From Trichomonas gallinae (taxonomy: Eukaryota): 34,675 nucleotides of DNA. How positions within the stretch are numbered: position 1 is the stretch's first letter; each line of letters starts with the position of its first letter. The stretch is taken from positions 1 through 34,675 of the forward strand of contig MRSU01007661.1 in the NCBI GenBank assembly GCA_008369845.1. The letters are read 5' to 3'. Of this stretch, positions 1-9,966 are shown piece after piece. Below the pieces are notes generated by a model. The model saw only the letters and a list, made by a program, of their open reading frames with translations, was not told the DNA's origin and did not search any database. A program made the translations under genes and the position numbers.

Positions 1-113
1 TATCGAGAAAAACGCTGATTTCGATTAACCTTAAAAATGAAATTCTGAAGTTTACGAGTGGGCGTAACTGCACCCTTAAGTCAAAATTTTTGGTTAAATT
101 TTTATGACTAATT

Positions 114-126
114 TCATTTTTCATAA
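114..126 (+). promoter_or_regulatory. Tandem trichomonad initiator (Inr) elements
   Basis: TCATTTT-TCATAA directly before the ATG at 127; matches the TCAYW Inr consensus of Trichomonas core promoters. Confidence 0.65.
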
Positions 127-1518
127 ATGCAGTTTAACATAGACTTCAAGTCGCTGATGATGAAGTATGGAGACTATATAAAAACAATGAAGATGATGTT
201 CAATCCAGAACATACAGATTTCAACATTTTAGTGGACAAAATTGACCATTGCATCGAAAAATTTGAAATTTCAGCTGATTTCTTCCTTAAGTCAATAGAA
301 AATGCACAGAAAACATCTACCAACTATAGTTCTCATAATTATAACAAACTTTATAACATAATACAACATAAATATTACCCATTATGGATAAAATGTCATG
401 ATGACAATCCTGAGGTCGATTTTACATTTGGTGTCGATAATAATGATTCAGTGGAAGATTTAATTGACGAAATCGAAAGAGATGGTCTCAAGCAAAAGGG
501 ATATGACATCATCACTAAATGCGCAGGATTAGGAAAAGTAAAGTGCTTCAAATTTTTACGCAGCAATGGAATCGAAATCAGACAACAGTGTCTAGTTAAT
601 AGCATCAAAGGTAATAATCGTGAAATTATTAGTGAATGTCTTGAAAATGAAACTCCAGATGAACAATGCATGAAGATGGCCATCAGAAGACATAACTTCG
701 AACTAATCATGCACTTCATGAATCATTTTCACCTTCAACCAAATCCACGTCTTGCACAATATTATCGTAACCTTCCAGTATATCTTTTAATGATGAATCA
801 AGTTCCTGAATTCCTATATAATTATGGCATTCCTGATTTACTCCCCTTATACCTTTCAACTCACATAGGCATACGTCAATATCAAAAGCCAAATATTTTT
901 TTCCAAGAAGTAAGCATGAGTACATTAAATGCGTTCAGGCAATATTATCAGACGCACAATGTAATAGGATTCAACTTTGACGCAACATTGGTCTCACATT
1001 TCATTGACAGGCGTTTGAGAGATTTCTTCATTCTATTAAAGGACTATGGATACGCAAAAGAAAAAAGCATCAGAATTGAGGCATGTAATTGTATTATTAA
1101 CAAATTTACTCCTGAGAAAAAATCTCTCTATGAACAATGGATGCATGCAATAATCAAATTGCTCCTCCAACATGGTGATGATGAGGTTGAAAGTCTTGTA
1201 AATCGGAAACTTGGAAAGGAATACAAGACACTCTTAATGTGTGCTGCCGAAAAAGGCGAGCTTAATTATGTGCAAAATTTAATTAAACACAAAGCAATAT
1301 TGGACTTGAAAGATCGGTGGCACAATACAGCATTGATATATGCAATCAAGAATGGTCATTTCCTTATTGCTGATCTATTGATTAGTAGTGGTTGCAAAGT
1401 TAACATCAAAAACAAGTCAGGCGAAACTCCTTTATGGTTAGTCACTCATTCTCAGCATTCACCAGCTACGGCTGATTATATTTCAAATTTGTTGAGAAAG
1501 CATGGAGCAAAGCGTTGA
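127..1518 (+). CDS. DUF3447-domain ankyrin-repeat protein (expanded trichomonad family)
   Basis: 463-aa ATG ORF. DUF3447-like segment CAGLGKVKCFKFLRS...PDEQCMKMAIRRHNFELIMHFMN...YYRNL; C-terminal ankyrin repeats TLLMCAAEKGELNYVQNLI, TALIYAIKNGHFLIADLLISSGCKVNIKNKSGETPL. Confidence 0.9.
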   Translation: MQFNIDFKSLMMKYGDYIKTMKMMFNPEHTDFNILVDKIDHCIEKFEISADFFLKSIENAQKTSTNYSSHNYNKLYNIIQHKYYPLWIKCHDDNPEVDFTFGVDNNDSVEDLIDEIERDGLKQKGYDIITKCAGLGKVKCFKFLRSNGIEIRQQCLVNSIKGNNREIISECLENETPDEQCMKMAIRRHNFELIMHFMNHFHLQPNPRLAQYYRNLPVYLLMMNQVPEFLYNYGIPDLLPLYLSTHIGIRQYQKPNIFFQEVSMSTLNAFRQYYQTHNVIGFNFDATLVSHFIDRRLRDFFILLKDYGYAKEKSIRIEACNCIINKFTPEKKSLYEQWMHAIIKLLLQHGDDEVESLVNRKLGKEYKTLLMCAAEKGELNYVQNLIKHKAILDLKDRWHNTALIYAIKNGHFLIADLLISSGCKVNIKNKSGETPLWLVTHSQHSPATADYISNLLRKHGAKR

Positions 1519-1821
1519 ATAAAAACTATCATATACATATATATCTAATTTTTGTTTTTGCTTGTGAAAGTTTTTTTAAAAAGCAAGATGTAGTTAAAAT
1601 TATTGGAAATAACTTGCGATGTGAACTGTGGAATCAATTAATGATGCTTTTTTACGTTATTAAGACTCTGGTTACAAGCAATTTATGGCAAATGTCAATC
1701 AATTTCTCGATTTAAAAAAATGTTTTTCATAACATTTTATTGCTTCATTGTAAAAAAAAAAAAATTATTCACAAAGTATATATATTTATTTGGTAATAAA
1801 ACAACAACATAATAAACAAAT

Positions 1822-3684
1822 TTAAACAATAATTGGCTGTTCTAAGTCTGCTTGAGCAACTTTCGGGACAATTTCTTGGATAAGTCTTTTTCCAGTGACA
1901 ATGGAAGTACTACCAACAGTGATGTCAATTGATTTGCCTCCCCAGAACTTTTTGCCGAGATTCGAAATTGCGGCGACTTCCGAAAGGGAAACACCACCAA
2001 TAATGAACACCAATATCTTTCTATTTGTTTCGGGGACTTCTTCTTCTTTTCTTGGAGGAATTTCGAAACGAATCAGATTTTCATTCATATATTGCTCAAT
2101 ATTTCTGCCTTTTTGTCTTTCAAGTCTACCAAGTCTGTGATCAATTGAACATTGCACAACTCTGGCTGAGAATGGCGCGTATCCATCAAAATATTCGAAA
2201 ATATCTTCATCAAATGATTTTTGCATGAATTCATCAAGTTTTCTACTGATCTCTGCTTTTTGTGCTTCATCTTTAGCATTGCCTTCTATGTAAAGTTCTT
2301 TTGGAATCTCTTTATACAAATCAAAAGTCGAATTTTGATTTGCCATTCGAATATGCATGATTCTGTCCTTTACCTTTTGTATTAATCCATGGGACATATC
2401 GAGCATGCCGATATTTCGTAGATTTACCAGGTCATTGATAATATCCATTCCAAATCTTTGCATCATGCGCGTAATGAAGCCATTAAAAGGCGTGGATGGA
2501 ACTCCATTAAGACATAAGCTTGCTAAACAAAACTCTCTGACTGTTTCCGTCCAATTTTGATCACGAATAATATTTGCTTCTGCTGTAGCAGGAGCTGCTG
2601 AGTCTCCACGAAGAATGGAAGCCTCAAAGTCAATGATATCACCAAAGTATGGATCAGAGCTTCTATTTTTAACAACATAATCGCAAATTTTGAACATGTT
2701 TTCGAATTGAGGCATGCTGTTGACGAATGCCATTGCTTTTGATATTTTCTGTTTGAATTCCATATCTATTTCACCACTTCGTCTGTTTTGAATTGATTCT
2801 TTAACTTGTTGTATGCGAGATGTGATATAAGTGGGAACATTCTTGATTTGGAGAGAGCTACATTCTTTAAATGCTTGATCATTGTCTGAAAGTAGATATT
2901 CTGACTGATTAATATCGATATCTTCAGGCAAATGAAGAAATCCGCAATCAACATTAAAAAAGTCATCAATTGCACCAGCAAACGTCTTCTGTGACAACAA
3001 AGGAGAAACAAGATCTATAGTACGATCAAGAATAATCAATGTGTCGTATACTGATTGATTCGAAAATGATGATAATCCGATTTGCGCTTTTTGTTCTTCG
3101 ACAATCTTCTTCACTTTCATGGCATATTCACCAATGCAGTACAAAGAGCCAAATGCACCGTTGATAATTTGTATTTTCGTTAATGTTCTCGCTATAGCAG
3201 TTAAATCATCAATGTCTCCATCGACAAATATGTGCCTGAAAGATCTTGGAGCATTTGTGAGGAAGAGATTTTCTCCGAGGAGTAGTAAATCGTAATGAAA
3301 TTCGATGATTTTCAAATTTTCTCCTGGAAATGCGTTTTCAAATACTTTACTGAAGAATGGGCCATCTCTTGGCGTGACTAATATCCATATTTTGTAATTC
3401 GGAAGCTTTCTTAGATATTTCACAGCTGAGTTTGCATCTTCTTCATCATTTGGCAAAATAACACATATATTTCCCTCATTTGCATCATCTTGGATGTCTT
3501 CAAGGTACTTTAACGCTGTGAATTTCGTCATTAAGACTTCACGTGGAATTAATCTGAAAATACGGCCGCAAAAGCTTTTTGGAATCGCGCAAATTGTTTC
3601 ATTTGGAATACTCTCACGTATCTGATCGAATTCTATCACAGATTGAGACTGAATTGACGCGAGAGGCGAATCCGGAAAAAGCAT
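1822..3684 (-). CDS. VPS33: Sec1/Munc18 family protein, Vps33-like (HOPS/CORVET subunit)
   Basis: SM-family motifs LIILDRTIDLVSPLLSQKTFAGAID, FDGYAPFSARVVQ and KILVFIIGGVSLSEVAAI...ITVGSTSIVTG; GYAP-S-R is Vps33-typical. The ORF track start at 3690 is TTG; the first in-frame ATG is at 3684 and an in-frame TAA lies upstream (620 aa). Confidence 0.85.
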   Translation of the reverse strand: MLFPDSPLASIQSQSVIEFDQIRESIPNETICAIPKSFCGRIFRLIPREVLMTKFTALKYLEDIQDDANEGNICVILPNDEEDANSAVKYLRKLPNYKIWILVTPRDGPFFSKVFENAFPGENLKIIEFHYDLLLLGENLFLTNAPRSFRHIFVDGDIDDLTAIARTLTKIQIINGAFGSLYCIGEYAMKVKKIVEEQKAQIGLSSFSNQSVYDTLIILDRTIDLVSPLLSQKTFAGAIDDFFNVDCGFLHLPEDIDINQSEYLLSDNDQAFKECSSLQIKNVPTYITSRIQQVKESIQNRRSGEIDMEFKQKISKAMAFVNSMPQFENMFKICDYVVKNRSSDPYFGDIIDFEASILRGDSAAPATAEANIIRDQNWTETVREFCLASLCLNGVPSTPFNGFITRMMQRFGMDIINDLVNLRNIGMLDMSHGLIQKVKDRIMHIRMANQNSTFDLYKEIPKELYIEGNAKDEAQKAEISRKLDEFMQKSFDEDIFEYFDGYAPFSARVVQCSIDHRLGRLERQKGRNIEQYMNENLIRFEIPPRKEEEVPETNRKILVFIIGGVSLSEVAAISNLGKKFWGGKSIDITVGSTSIVTGKRLIQEIVPKVAQADLEQPIIV

Positions 3685-3716
3685 TGGCAAAACGATATCG
3701 GCTTTCGCTTCTTATT

Positions 3717-4336
3717 TGTCATGTAAACAAATTTAAGGGCGAATTTCTGAGGTTTACAAATTGACTTGTTTGGTTAGTTATCCCCATTTGAGGATGAGTA
3801 AAACACAAATAACTTTGGATTTATTATTCTCATAGGATATACTATAACCATTTGCTAAAGTATTGGTTGCTCATATCAGCTTCATCAGCCACTATAAAGA
3901 TTTTGCCCTTAAATTCACCCCTTAAAATGCCATGTATAGAATATATTTCATAATTTTGACGTGTAAATGTTTAAATTTCGTCATTTTTTTGAGAAATGTC
4001 ATGTAAATATAATAAATGTCATATAAACTATTCTTTCAAAAAATGACATATAAAATATAGATTTTACCATTTTGTCACGCAAATATATTAGTTACCATCT
4101 AAAATGTAATTGCATAAATATTAAGCTTTGTTAATGGATTCCATTGGAATAGTCCCTAAAACTAATAAATGCTAAATAATAGCTCATTTTTTGGTACACT
4201 TATATGAGTTTTTGTTTCAAAGATTCTATTTTTTCTTTGTCAAGTAAAGGCATAAATTGTCATGTAAACTTCAAAAATGCCATGTAAGCATATTTATGAC
4301 AAGTAAATTACTCATTTTTGATGTATGACATGTAAA
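3717..4336 (+). repeat. Array of 12 same-orientation 11-bp motifs, consensus TG(T/A/C)CATGTAAA, in the divergent VPS33/LENG8 intergenic region
   Basis: Copies start at 3717, 3928, 3957, 3997, 4017, 4044, 4073, 4238, 4258, 4278, 4297 and 4326, each with 0-2 mismatches. Confidence 0.75.
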
Positions 4337-4350
4337 CTATTTAATTTTTG

Positions 4351-4355
4351 TCATT
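4351..4355 (+). promoter_or_regulatory. Inr element
   Basis: TCATT starting 14 nt upstream of the ATG at 4365. Confidence 0.55.
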
Positions 4356-4364
4356 TTAATAAAT

Positions 4365-6851
4365 ATGAATTTTTTTTCTTCGGATCCATCTCAGTCGACT
4401 ACTAAATCAAATGCTGGGTCGAATCCAAATAGTAATATTCCGCGCAGTTTCTTGAAGCAAGTCCAGTTTATGGAACAATATACTGAACCGATGAAAAATT
4501 ATATCAGGAACTGCTTCGAAAATTGCCAAAATGATGAACAAAAGGATTTCGTTGGCAAGTATTTGCTATCAAAAATAAAAAAAGTCTCACAACAACAAAC
4601 ATTGTCTTCGTATTCTTGGTCAAGTGAGCCATTGGCGCCTAAATCCCAGCAAGAAGAAAATGAAATAAAGTCTGCAATGGAACCAAAGCAAGAAATTCAA
4701 AATACAATGAAAAAACCGAATAAATGGAATAAAAGCCAAGAGCATCAAAGAGATGATGAAAACAGACCATCTTACCAAAAGGAAAATCATAAGCAATGGA
4801 ATTACAATAAAGATACTCGCAAAGATCAGCAAAATGATAATAAACCTACCGAAAATGATAATAAAAACTATCAAAACTACCAATACCCACAGCAATATCC
4901 AAATTACAATCAATATCAAGGATATCCATACCAAGGATATCAATATCCTCCAAATTATCCTCAAGCTGGACAAAACTCTAACCAACAGCAATACCCATAT
5001 CAAAACTACCAATATCCATATAAAGATCAAAATCAAAATCAAGCTCAAAATTATAATCAAATTCAGCAAAACGAGCAACAATCTGCATACAATCAGCCTA
5101 ACTCCAGCCAGCCATATAGCCAAGAACCTACAAATCCACAGTCCCCAACTAATCATTCTTCATATTCAACACCTTATAACTATAACCAACAGCAATACCC
5201 ACAAAGACAATCATCTTATCCGAGCGCATATAATCAGAGTCAGAGCCCTACGTATAATTCTTCATCAAATCAGTCTTATAATCAACAATACAATTATAAT
5301 TATGGGCAGCCATACAATGCAAACCCTACATACTACCCACCAGCATCACAAGACCACAGTCAGAACAAATTTGAGAGAAATTCTAGTCAGCCAATTAATC
5401 ATCAATATCCTCCACAACAGAATCAACCACAAAACCAACAATATCCTCCACAGCAGAACCAGTCATATAATCAATCACAAAACCAGCCATATTCACCACA
5501 GCAGAATCAGTCATATCCTCCACCACAAAACAGACCATACAGTCCACAACAGAATCAGTCATATCCTCCGCAGCAAAATAGACCGTACAATAAACAAAAT
5601 CAGCCATATTCCCCACAGCAAAATCAATCATATCCTCCGCAACAGAATCAGCCGTATAGTCCACAACCGAACCAACCATACTCACCACAGCAAAGTCAGT
5701 CATATCCTCCGCAACAAAACCAACCATATAATCAACAAAACCAGTCATATCCTCCACAGCAGAATCAGCCATATAATCAACAGAATTATAACTATAATCA
5801 GTCATACAATCAATATCCAAATCAGCAGAATTATAATCAATATCCAAATCAGCACAATTATAAAAAGCCATATAACCAACAGCAAAATCAACAAGGCCGA
5901 AACTTTAGACAAAACGATTATAAGAAATTCAACAAACAGAATGACCAGGAGAATCAGAATTATAATGATAAGAGAGAAGAATATTCTGAGAATAGGAGCG
6001 AAGAAGACAGACGTGTTGAAAAGGCAGATGGAAGACATTATGAAAGTGATACCGATGAGTCCGTTGAGCCAGCACCACCAAAGAAACAGCCACCTCCACC
6101 TGAGCCTTCATTCGACGAGCTAGTGCAAGAGAAAAAGATTGTCGGCACATGTACAGACCTCGAGAAAGAATACCTCAGGCTGACAGCGGAGCCAGATCCA
6201 TCTAAAGTTAGACCACTCAATGTGCTCATAGACAGTCTCAAGTACTGTATGGACAAGTATTCTTCATCGAATGACTATGAGTATATATGCGAGCAACTGC
6301 GAAGCATCAGACAGGATTTAGTCGTTCAGCACATTGAAGATCCATTTTGCGTCGAAGTTTATGAAACGCACATCCTTCTGGCCCTTGAACACGGCGACTA
6401 TGAGAACTTTAACCAAGTCCAGAGTCACCTTGAGGAGCTCTACAATAAAGGCTTCGGTGATCCAGAGAGAGTCAGCGAAATGTATTCATACAGGGTATTA
6501 TACTCAATCGAGTTTAACGATGTAACAGGATTCTACTGCTTTTTGCCACGCGTTCCACAGGAAATTGTAAAATCACCAATGATGAGATTCGCCGTAAACG
6601 CCTGGCGTGCTGCATATTCGGGCGACTGGCTTCAGTTTTCAAGGATGATGAGAGATGCTCCTAAAAAGTGTGCATGTGTTATGCGGTTAAAAATGCGCGA
6701 ATTGAAATATGAAGGACTTTGCGCTGTCATGAAAGCATTTAGAAATCTTACGCCTCAGGACGCGCAGATTCTTCTCGGATTTGAATCTCTTGATGAAACC
6801 GTTGAATACCTCAAGAAAAGAAATGTATATGATAAAATAATTACGAAGTAA
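4365..6851 (+). CDS. LENG8: SAC3/GANP/THP3 family protein, LENG8/Thp3-like, with a central Q/N/Y/P-rich low-complexity region
   Basis: IVGTCTDLEKEYLRLTAEPDPSKVRPLNVL...YEYICEQLRSIRQDLVVQHI...VEVYETH...GDYENFNQ matches the LENG8/Thp3 SAC3 domain. N-terminal MKNYIRNCFENC...WSSEPL matches the conserved LENG8 N-terminal helical motif. Confidence 0.88.
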   Translation: MNFFSSDPSQSTTKSNAGSNPNSNIPRSFLKQVQFMEQYTEPMKNYIRNCFENCQNDEQKDFVGKYLLSKIKKVSQQQTLSSYSWSSEPLAPKSQQEENEIKSAMEPKQEIQNTMKKPNKWNKSQEHQRDDENRPSYQKENHKQWNYNKDTRKDQQNDNKPTENDNKNYQNYQYPQQYPNYNQYQGYPYQGYQYPPNYPQAGQNSNQQQYPYQNYQYPYKDQNQNQAQNYNQIQQNEQQSAYNQPNSSQPYSQEPTNPQSPTNHSSYSTPYNYNQQQYPQRQSSYPSAYNQSQSPTYNSSSNQSYNQQYNYNYGQPYNANPTYYPPASQDHSQNKFERNSSQPINHQYPPQQNQPQNQQYPPQQNQSYNQSQNQPYSPQQNQSYPPPQNRPYSPQQNQSYPPQQNRPYNKQNQPYSPQQNQSYPPQQNQPYSPQPNQPYSPQQSQSYPPQQNQPYNQQNQSYPPQQNQPYNQQNYNYNQSYNQYPNQQNYNQYPNQHNYKKPYNQQQNQQGRNFRQNDYKKFNKQNDQENQNYNDKREEYSENRSEEDRRVEKADGRHYESDTDESVEPAPPKKQPPPPEPSFDELVQEKKIVGTCTDLEKEYLRLTAEPDPSKVRPLNVLIDSLKYCMDKYSSSNDYEYICEQLRSIRQDLVVQHIEDPFCVEVYETHILLALEHGDYENFNQVQSHLEELYNKGFGDPERVSEMYSYRVLYSIEFNDVTGFYCFLPRVPQEIVKSPMMRFAVNAWRAAYSGDWLQFSRMMRDAPKKCACVMRLKMRELKYEGLCAVMKAFRNLTPQDAQILLGFESLDETVEYLKKRNVYDKIITK
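5400..5880 (+). repeat. Coding minisatellite, about 24-bp unit encoding NQ(S/P)Y(P/S)PQQ
   Basis: Repeated cagaatcagtcatatcctccacag-like units translate as alternating NQSYPPQQ / NQPYSPQQ, followed by NYNQYPNQ units. Confidence 0.9.
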
Positions 6852-7048
6852 AAAAAGTTGTTTGTATCAAAAAAATTATTCTTATTATAAAGCTACACAT
6901 AACGAAATATGTATAAATTATAAAATTTCACATCAATTATTTGATATTTAATAAAAAATTTTATTATTCTTTGAATTTTATTGTTTTTGATGTCATTTGA
7001 TTTGCTATTTAAAAATAAGAATTGTTAATAAACAAAAGTCTTTAAGAT

Positions 7049-7543
7049 TTAGTCTTCTTCATCTTCTTTAACCTCTACGCTGGCAATTTTATTAACAAAA
7101 TCGGCAACAGTAATTGTTTCGTCGTTTTCTGGATTTACATTAAACATGAGATGCTTCATTTCGTCTGGAGTGAGAGGATTTCCAAGTGTCGTCAGAACGC
7201 TTTTCAATTCATCTGTGCTGATTTTAGTTGACTCTCCGAAGAAAATTCTCATGCATGCGCTTAAAATTTCTTGTGTATTTGATGTGTTATTAAAATTCTC
7301 GGCAACTTTCAAAAACTCGTTGTAATCAAATAAATTTTCTCCTGTTGTATCTATTTGAGAGCAATAATCTGTTACTTCTGCTTGAGAGACTTGAAAACCA
7401 GTTGCACCGAGAAGGCCGCACATTTCTTGTGGTGTTATCCTTCCGTCTGCATCTTTGTCGAACACTGAGAAAGCCTCTTTGAACTCTTCGAGCTGACCAG
7501 GGCTGAATACGTCTGGTTGTGTTTCCGGCGCTGCCTCAGTCAT
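7049..7543 (-). CDS. Calmodulin-like EF-hand protein (divergent)
   Basis: EEFKEAFSVFDKDADGRITPQE (canonical EF1), ISTDELKSVLTTLGNPLTPDE; four-EF layout with degenerate EF2-4. Confidence 0.88.
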   Translation of the reverse strand: MTEAAPETQPDVFSPGQLEEFKEAFSVFDKDADGRITPQEMCGLLGATGFQVSQAEVTDYCSQIDTTGENLFDYNEFLKVAENFNNTSNTQEILSACMRIFFGESTKISTDELKSVLTTLGNPLTPDEMKHLMFNVNPENDETITVADFVNKIASVEVKEDEED

Positions 7544-7566
7544 TTTTTTTAGTTAACGTGCAAAAA

Positions 7567-7588
7567 TAACCGTTTTAAGAAAAGTGAC
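7567..7588. promoter_or_regulatory. M3 (Myb-type) motif and AAAGTGAC motif upstream of the EF-hand gene
   Basis: AACGGTTA on the - strand (7567-7574) fits the Trichomonas M3 consensus DRCSGYTD; AAAGTGAC at 7581-7588 resembles the M2 motif. Consensi are recalled, not computed. Confidence 0.45.
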
Positions 7589-7609
7589 ATATATTCTTTT
7601 TTGTTTCTT

Positions 7610-7925
7610 TGATTATTTACCTTCCTTTCTATCTTACAATCATAAAAGTTGGCTCTTTAAATCAGCAAGTTATAGCTTCATTTGCAGCTTAGAAATGGAA
7701 GGGATAGCTTCATATTTTTTATTTGATTAATTTCTTTCCTTTATAACATTAAAAGTAGGCTATGTATTGTAAACAGCAAGCTATATCTTCATTTACCACT
7801 TAGAAAGGGAAGGATATCTGCATTATCTCAAATTAATTATATTCTTTTCTTTCTAAGCAGAAATGATGAATATTTCTTGTAAACAATAAACTATAGCTTC
7901 ATTTACGGATGTGAAATGGAATATA
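7610..7925. repeat. Degenerate tandem triplication, period about 110-111 bp
   Basis: Core AAxCAGCAAGyTATAkCTTCATTT...TTAGAAAkGGAAGG recurs; its CTTCA anchor is at 7676, 7787 and 7897. Confidence 0.8.
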
Positions 7926-8277
7926 ATTTTAAAATTTCAATTTGAAAGTCAATTTTGAGTTCAAATATATCTGATCAACAACTAGCAGATGTATTTGGAC
8001 TCAAAGATATCTTTATCATTGAAATTTATTTTATTTCATAATTCAACTAATGCAATGTACCATTAACAACCTTATTTGATGATGTATTTCCAGATTGTAT
8101 CATACAATAATGTTGTTAAATGATCTTGAAATTGACCATAATGTTTTGATACAAAATCAACGAAAATAAAATCATCAGAATTATTACTTTTTGATGAGAA
8201 ATGTCATAATTTCACAAATATAGCTTAGCAATAAAACAATACAAACATTTAAATTAATTTACAAACAAAATCTAAAA

Positions 8278-9543
8278 TTATTGGCTTCCTTCAGGGCTTC
8301 TTTGTCTCTGGGTCGGATTCTTTCGCTTAAAAGGCTGAGGAGTCTTTGCAATCATCTGGCTTGAGCTCATAATTGTCTGCCTTTCCTTCAAATCTTGGAT
8401 GGAATTTTTCAGCCTTTCTATCTTCTTATCTGCTTCATCTATGTAATTAGAGATATCATAATTAATACGTTCTATCTCATCCTGCAGCAGCTTCCCATCC
8501 TGTGTCTTCCATTGTATGTTGAGTTTCATTGTTTTGTTCTCTCTTACAAGTTGTTTAACTTGCTGAACAAAATATTTTTTCTCTGTTTTAATTTGCTGCT
8601 TGGTTTCGATATGGAGCTGTGCTTTGGCTTTATTAAGACTATCTGTAAGGATATAATCATTGCTATTCCATTCTTTTTGGTTTTGGAGAACAGTTTTGTT
8701 TTGAAGCTGAATTTCTTCAATCTTTTGGGTTAAATCCTTGATTTCACTTTCAATATCATCATTATCCTTCTGCAGTGGTGGAATAATTGAGTCAAAAACA
8801 CTTTTTTCTAGTTCTGAATTATATAATTCGTCTTCTAGTTGTGCATTTATCTTTTGCTGCTTATCAAGTGGAAAAGAAACCTTTAAATTTATCATTTTTG
8901 CAGCTATATCATATACTTCCTGCGTATCATTTTCGCATATTGACTGAATGTAATTAGAATCTTCGATATACTTAGTATACTTACTTTCTGCTGACTCCAG
9001 TAGATCAATATATTCTTTCTTTGCGCCAACTTCAGCTCTCATTTGTTTAATTGTCTTTAAATTATCATTATATTGATTTGTTAGTTCTTCATCTTTAGTA
9101 AGCTTAGATTGTTCAATAAGATTCTGTAGGATGAGTTCTTTGCGCTGAATTTCGATGTTAAACGAATTCTCTTTATCTTTTGCAGAATTTGTTGCGTTTA
9201 GGATATTATTGTCAACTGCTTCAATCTGAGATTTTAAGAGCTGGACATCATATTCGAATTCATTGTTACTACTGCTTGATTGAAATGATACTTCTTCTTC
9301 GTAAGAAGAAAACTCTTCCATTTTAAGTGGAGTAGGGATAAATCCAGTTGTATGTGGCCTATTTGGCGTGGTAAATCGTTTTTTAGTAAAGGTTGGTATA
9401 TTATTATCAGTAATGTTCTGTGATTTATGAATCTGAGGCGTAAAATTCGATAAAGTCATACTTCTAGTTGAACGCAACTTCGGATTTGGTGTGTTTATTC
9501 TTCTGCTGTTTTCGCGGCGGAAAAAAGCAAAGCTGTCATTCAT
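8278..9543 (-). CDS. Hypothetical coiled-coil protein
   Basis: 421-aa ATG ORF with an S/T/P/R-rich N-terminus followed by long E/K/Q/L/I heptad-like stretches. An M3-like TGCCGTTT (9548-9555, - strand) lies just upstream. Confidence 0.8.
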   Translation of the reverse strand: MNDSFAFFRRENSRRINTPNPKLRSTRSMTLSNFTPQIHKSQNITDNNIPTFTKKRFTTPNRPHTTGFIPTPLKMEEFSSYEEEVSFQSSSSNNEFEYDVQLLKSQIEAVDNNILNATNSAKDKENSFNIEIQRKELILQNLIEQSKLTKDEELTNQYNDNLKTIKQMRAEVGAKKEYIDLLESAESKYTKYIEDSNYIQSICENDTQEVYDIAAKMINLKVSFPLDKQQKINAQLEDELYNSELEKSVFDSIIPPLQKDNDDIESEIKDLTQKIEEIQLQNKTVLQNQKEWNSNDYILTDSLNKAKAQLHIETKQQIKTEKKYFVQQVKQLVRENKTMKLNIQWKTQDGKLLQDEIERINYDISNYIDEADKKIERLKNSIQDLKERQTIMSSSQMIAKTPQPFKRKNPTQRQRSPEGSQ

Positions 9544-9966
9544 TTTTAAACGGCAACTTTTTCGTTTGAATTTGCATATAACAATATACAGTCTCTATTC
9601 GTGATTTATGCACAAATTACTGAAAATCTTTTCAAAAAGGGCAAAATATTCATTGAAATAATCTAGATGAAAATTACAATAGTCTTTTTTTGATTTACAA
9701 TATTCAATAATCCTTTTTAATTCATGTACTTATCTATATTATCAAAGCTCTTGTCTAAATTCAATTTATAATTATTAATTTAATTTTTACAGGGTATATA
9801 ATGTATTGATGTTAATTATTATATAACAAGATTCAAATTGACATTTTACATGGTTATATTAAGGGCCTCTTAGACATGTTTTTAGATTAATGCCTAAAAA
9901 TACCATAACAATAGCATAGCAATAATAAATGTACTATTGATATATCAAAAAAAAAGTAATAAATGT

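Noticed and set aside
3685..3722. Longer VPS33 N-terminus from TTG at 3690 or ATG at 3722
   Set aside because: The ATG at 3722 is out of frame and belongs to the motif copy at 3717; an in-frame TAA lies upstream, and the ATG at 3684 gives a full-length SM protein.
3728..3926. Inverted AATTTAAGGGC / GCCCTTAAATT pair as MITE termini
   Set aside because: The match is short, no target-site duplication is evident, and CCCTTA words recur in other intergenic regions.
3928..4336. CRISPR-like repeat-spacer array
   Set aside because: Repeats are only 11 bp and degenerate, spacers are mostly short, the context is eukaryotic and there are no cas genes.
4620..6123. 456-aa alternative-frame ORF (4753-6123) and antisense ORFs over LENG8
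   Set aside because: These I/H/N/T-rich or V/D/M-rich translations are shadows of the CAA/AAT/TAT repeat region.
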